Positions 62,291 to 64,000 of a stretch of 64,000 nt of DNA are shown in pieces. This stretch comes from Phallusia mammillata. Lineage: Eukaryota. The position numbers were made by a program, and so were the translations under genes. The number at the start of each line of letters is the position of its first letter. The stretch's first letter is position 1. The notes under the pieces are model-generated. The model was not told the DNA's origin, searched no databases, and saw only the letters and a list, made by a program, of their open reading frames with translations. Location of the stretch: positions 13,516,001 through 13,580,000 of the forward strand of contig OZ281496.1 in NCBI GenBank assembly GCA_965637545.1. Direction: 5' to 3'.

Positions 62291-64000
62291 CAGGGGTCGC
62301 CAACCTTTACTACTTAAAGAGCCATTCTGACCCGTTTTACGCAGTACAGAAAACACTGGGAGCCGCAAATTTTTTTTTGGATTTGCCTTTCCAAATCAAT
62401 GAACGAAAGCAGAAGAACGAAATAAAATGTATGCATGCAACAAAATTACGAAAAAAGACGTTGGGCAAAAGGCCGAAATGCCTAGTGTGATTTCTGCCCC
62501 TGAACCTCAGAGCATAGCAACTGCACATCGGGGATGTATGTCGTCACCTTCATCTTTAAACAGGATTGTATGCTGTCATCTGTAAAGCGTGTGCGATGTT
62601 TGTTTTTAATAAAGTTCATGTTGGAGAACACCTGCTCACATACATATGTGGACCCAAAAATCGACAGTACTCCAAATGCAAACTTTTTCATGTTTTCATA
62701 TATGCCGGGGATAGCATTCCAAGTTTCAAACACAAGTTTGTCTGGTTTGGGGAGGCTTTCAATATCGCGCCATTTGTGATTCTGAGCCAAAACCGCCTTC
62801 GGACGTAAAACATCTTCGAGGTCCGCTGTTAAATTCTTAAACTTGGAAACCCACATTTCTTTGTCGGCAATGTCAGCCAGATCCATGTCAAGATCAGGAG
62901 GACTCGTACCTGGAAATGCAGTTAAGTTACACAGGGATGGATCGATACTTAAAGGAGTGACAGGGAAGGATAATGTGTTTTTTCCTCTCTGAACTCACTA
63001 AATCGTTTTCCAATCATTTATTTCGTGAGCTTCTCTAAATTCTCTTAAACTAGGGAAGTGTGACAGTGTACTTTTCTGTAAATCTCTTGCAAGGATTGTC
63101 AACTTCCGCTCGAATGCTAAAACCTCTTCCAACATGTGCAGGGCTGTGCGTCCTTTACCCTGAAGAGCTGTGTTCAGCGTATTTAAGTATGCTGTCATGT
63201 CTACCAAGAAATATAGCTTTTCTAGCCACTCTGGCTGTTCCAGCTCTGGAAATTTGAGCCCTTTGCTGACCAGGAAGGATTTTACTTCTTGCAGACACGC
63301 AGCAAAGCGTTTTAGCACCTCGCCTCTGGACAGCCATCGAACTTTGTTGTGCAGCAATAGATCAGAATAAGTGCTTTCCAGCTCGTCCAGTAACGAACGG
63401 AATTGGCGGTGATTCAATCCTTTTGCCAATATTTTATTGACAATCTGAATTACAACATTCATTACTTCTGTGCATTCTGAAGGAAATGTTTGAGCACACA
63501 GTGCCTCTTGGTGCAAGATGCAGTGAAATGCCAGTAACTTTCTATTCAGCGATTTCTGCAGTAAAGCTACAAAGCCCTTGTGTGCTCCTGTCATGCTAGG
63601 TGCCCCGTCTGTAGCCACTGACAGCAGGTGTGTGGTGTTTATTCCGTTGGTTCTTAAACAACTCAAGACAGCTTCACATACGTCTTCACCCCGTGTTTGG
63701 CCTTTTAGTGGTATCAACTCAATTAATTCTTCCTGTGGTCCAGTGGAGTTCACGTACCGGCAAAACAGCGCTATTTGTTCGATATCACCCCTGTCTTTTG
63801 ATTCATCGCAGGCGATTGAATAAGCCACTGCTGAATTGATGTCTTTTAGTTGCTTCCTGGTTATGTCTTTTGACATTTTTATGGTTCTGTCTTTGACGGT
63901 CTGTGATGAGAGGGGCATATCCCTTATTTTCTGCAAAATTTCTGTTTTGTTTTTAAAGTCCATAAAAAGATGTTCTGAAATCTTAATAAAAGACGCTTTC
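62291..64000 (-). mobile_element. Buster-type hAT with GTF2IRD2-like transposase (runs off the window)
   Basis: TIR caggggtcgccaacc at 62291; ORFs 62998-63963 (SIACDES, TDGAPSM, HCILHQ, KVRWLSRG) and 62482-62886 (FGSTYVCEQVFS) are separated by a frameshift. Confidence 0.9.

Overview
AT-rich eukaryotic (animal, probably invertebrate) genomic DNA with short GT-AG introns. Bases ~1-54 kb are a dense nest of transposable elements. These include several hAT DNA transposons (two with intact BED-finger transposase ORFs, three Buster/GTF2IRD2-type, one ZMYM1/Tip100-type, and MITEs with 8-bp TSDs), Harbinger and ISL2EU relics, a long-TIR foldback-like element, and a complete Gypsy LTR element (191-bp LTRs, ATATT TSD, tRNA-Ser PBS) inside a hAT. 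There are also LINE fragments, two Penelope-like elements (one with a minimal hammerhead ribozyme), CACTA-like relics and a tyrosine-recombinase-like relic. The most unusual content is two decayed NOF/Foldback-type Mutator transposase loci linked to Ulp1 (SUMO) protease domains. In one of them Ulp1 is fused in frame to a USP deubiquitinase, and it sits next to an intron-containing SGNH hydrolase cassette that has a second homolog at ~12 kb. Bases ~54-62 kb hold host-type genes: a galactose-3-O-sulfotransferase-like gene, an SDR remnant and an NHL-repeat gene. All calls come from manual reading and motif recall; no database searches were run.
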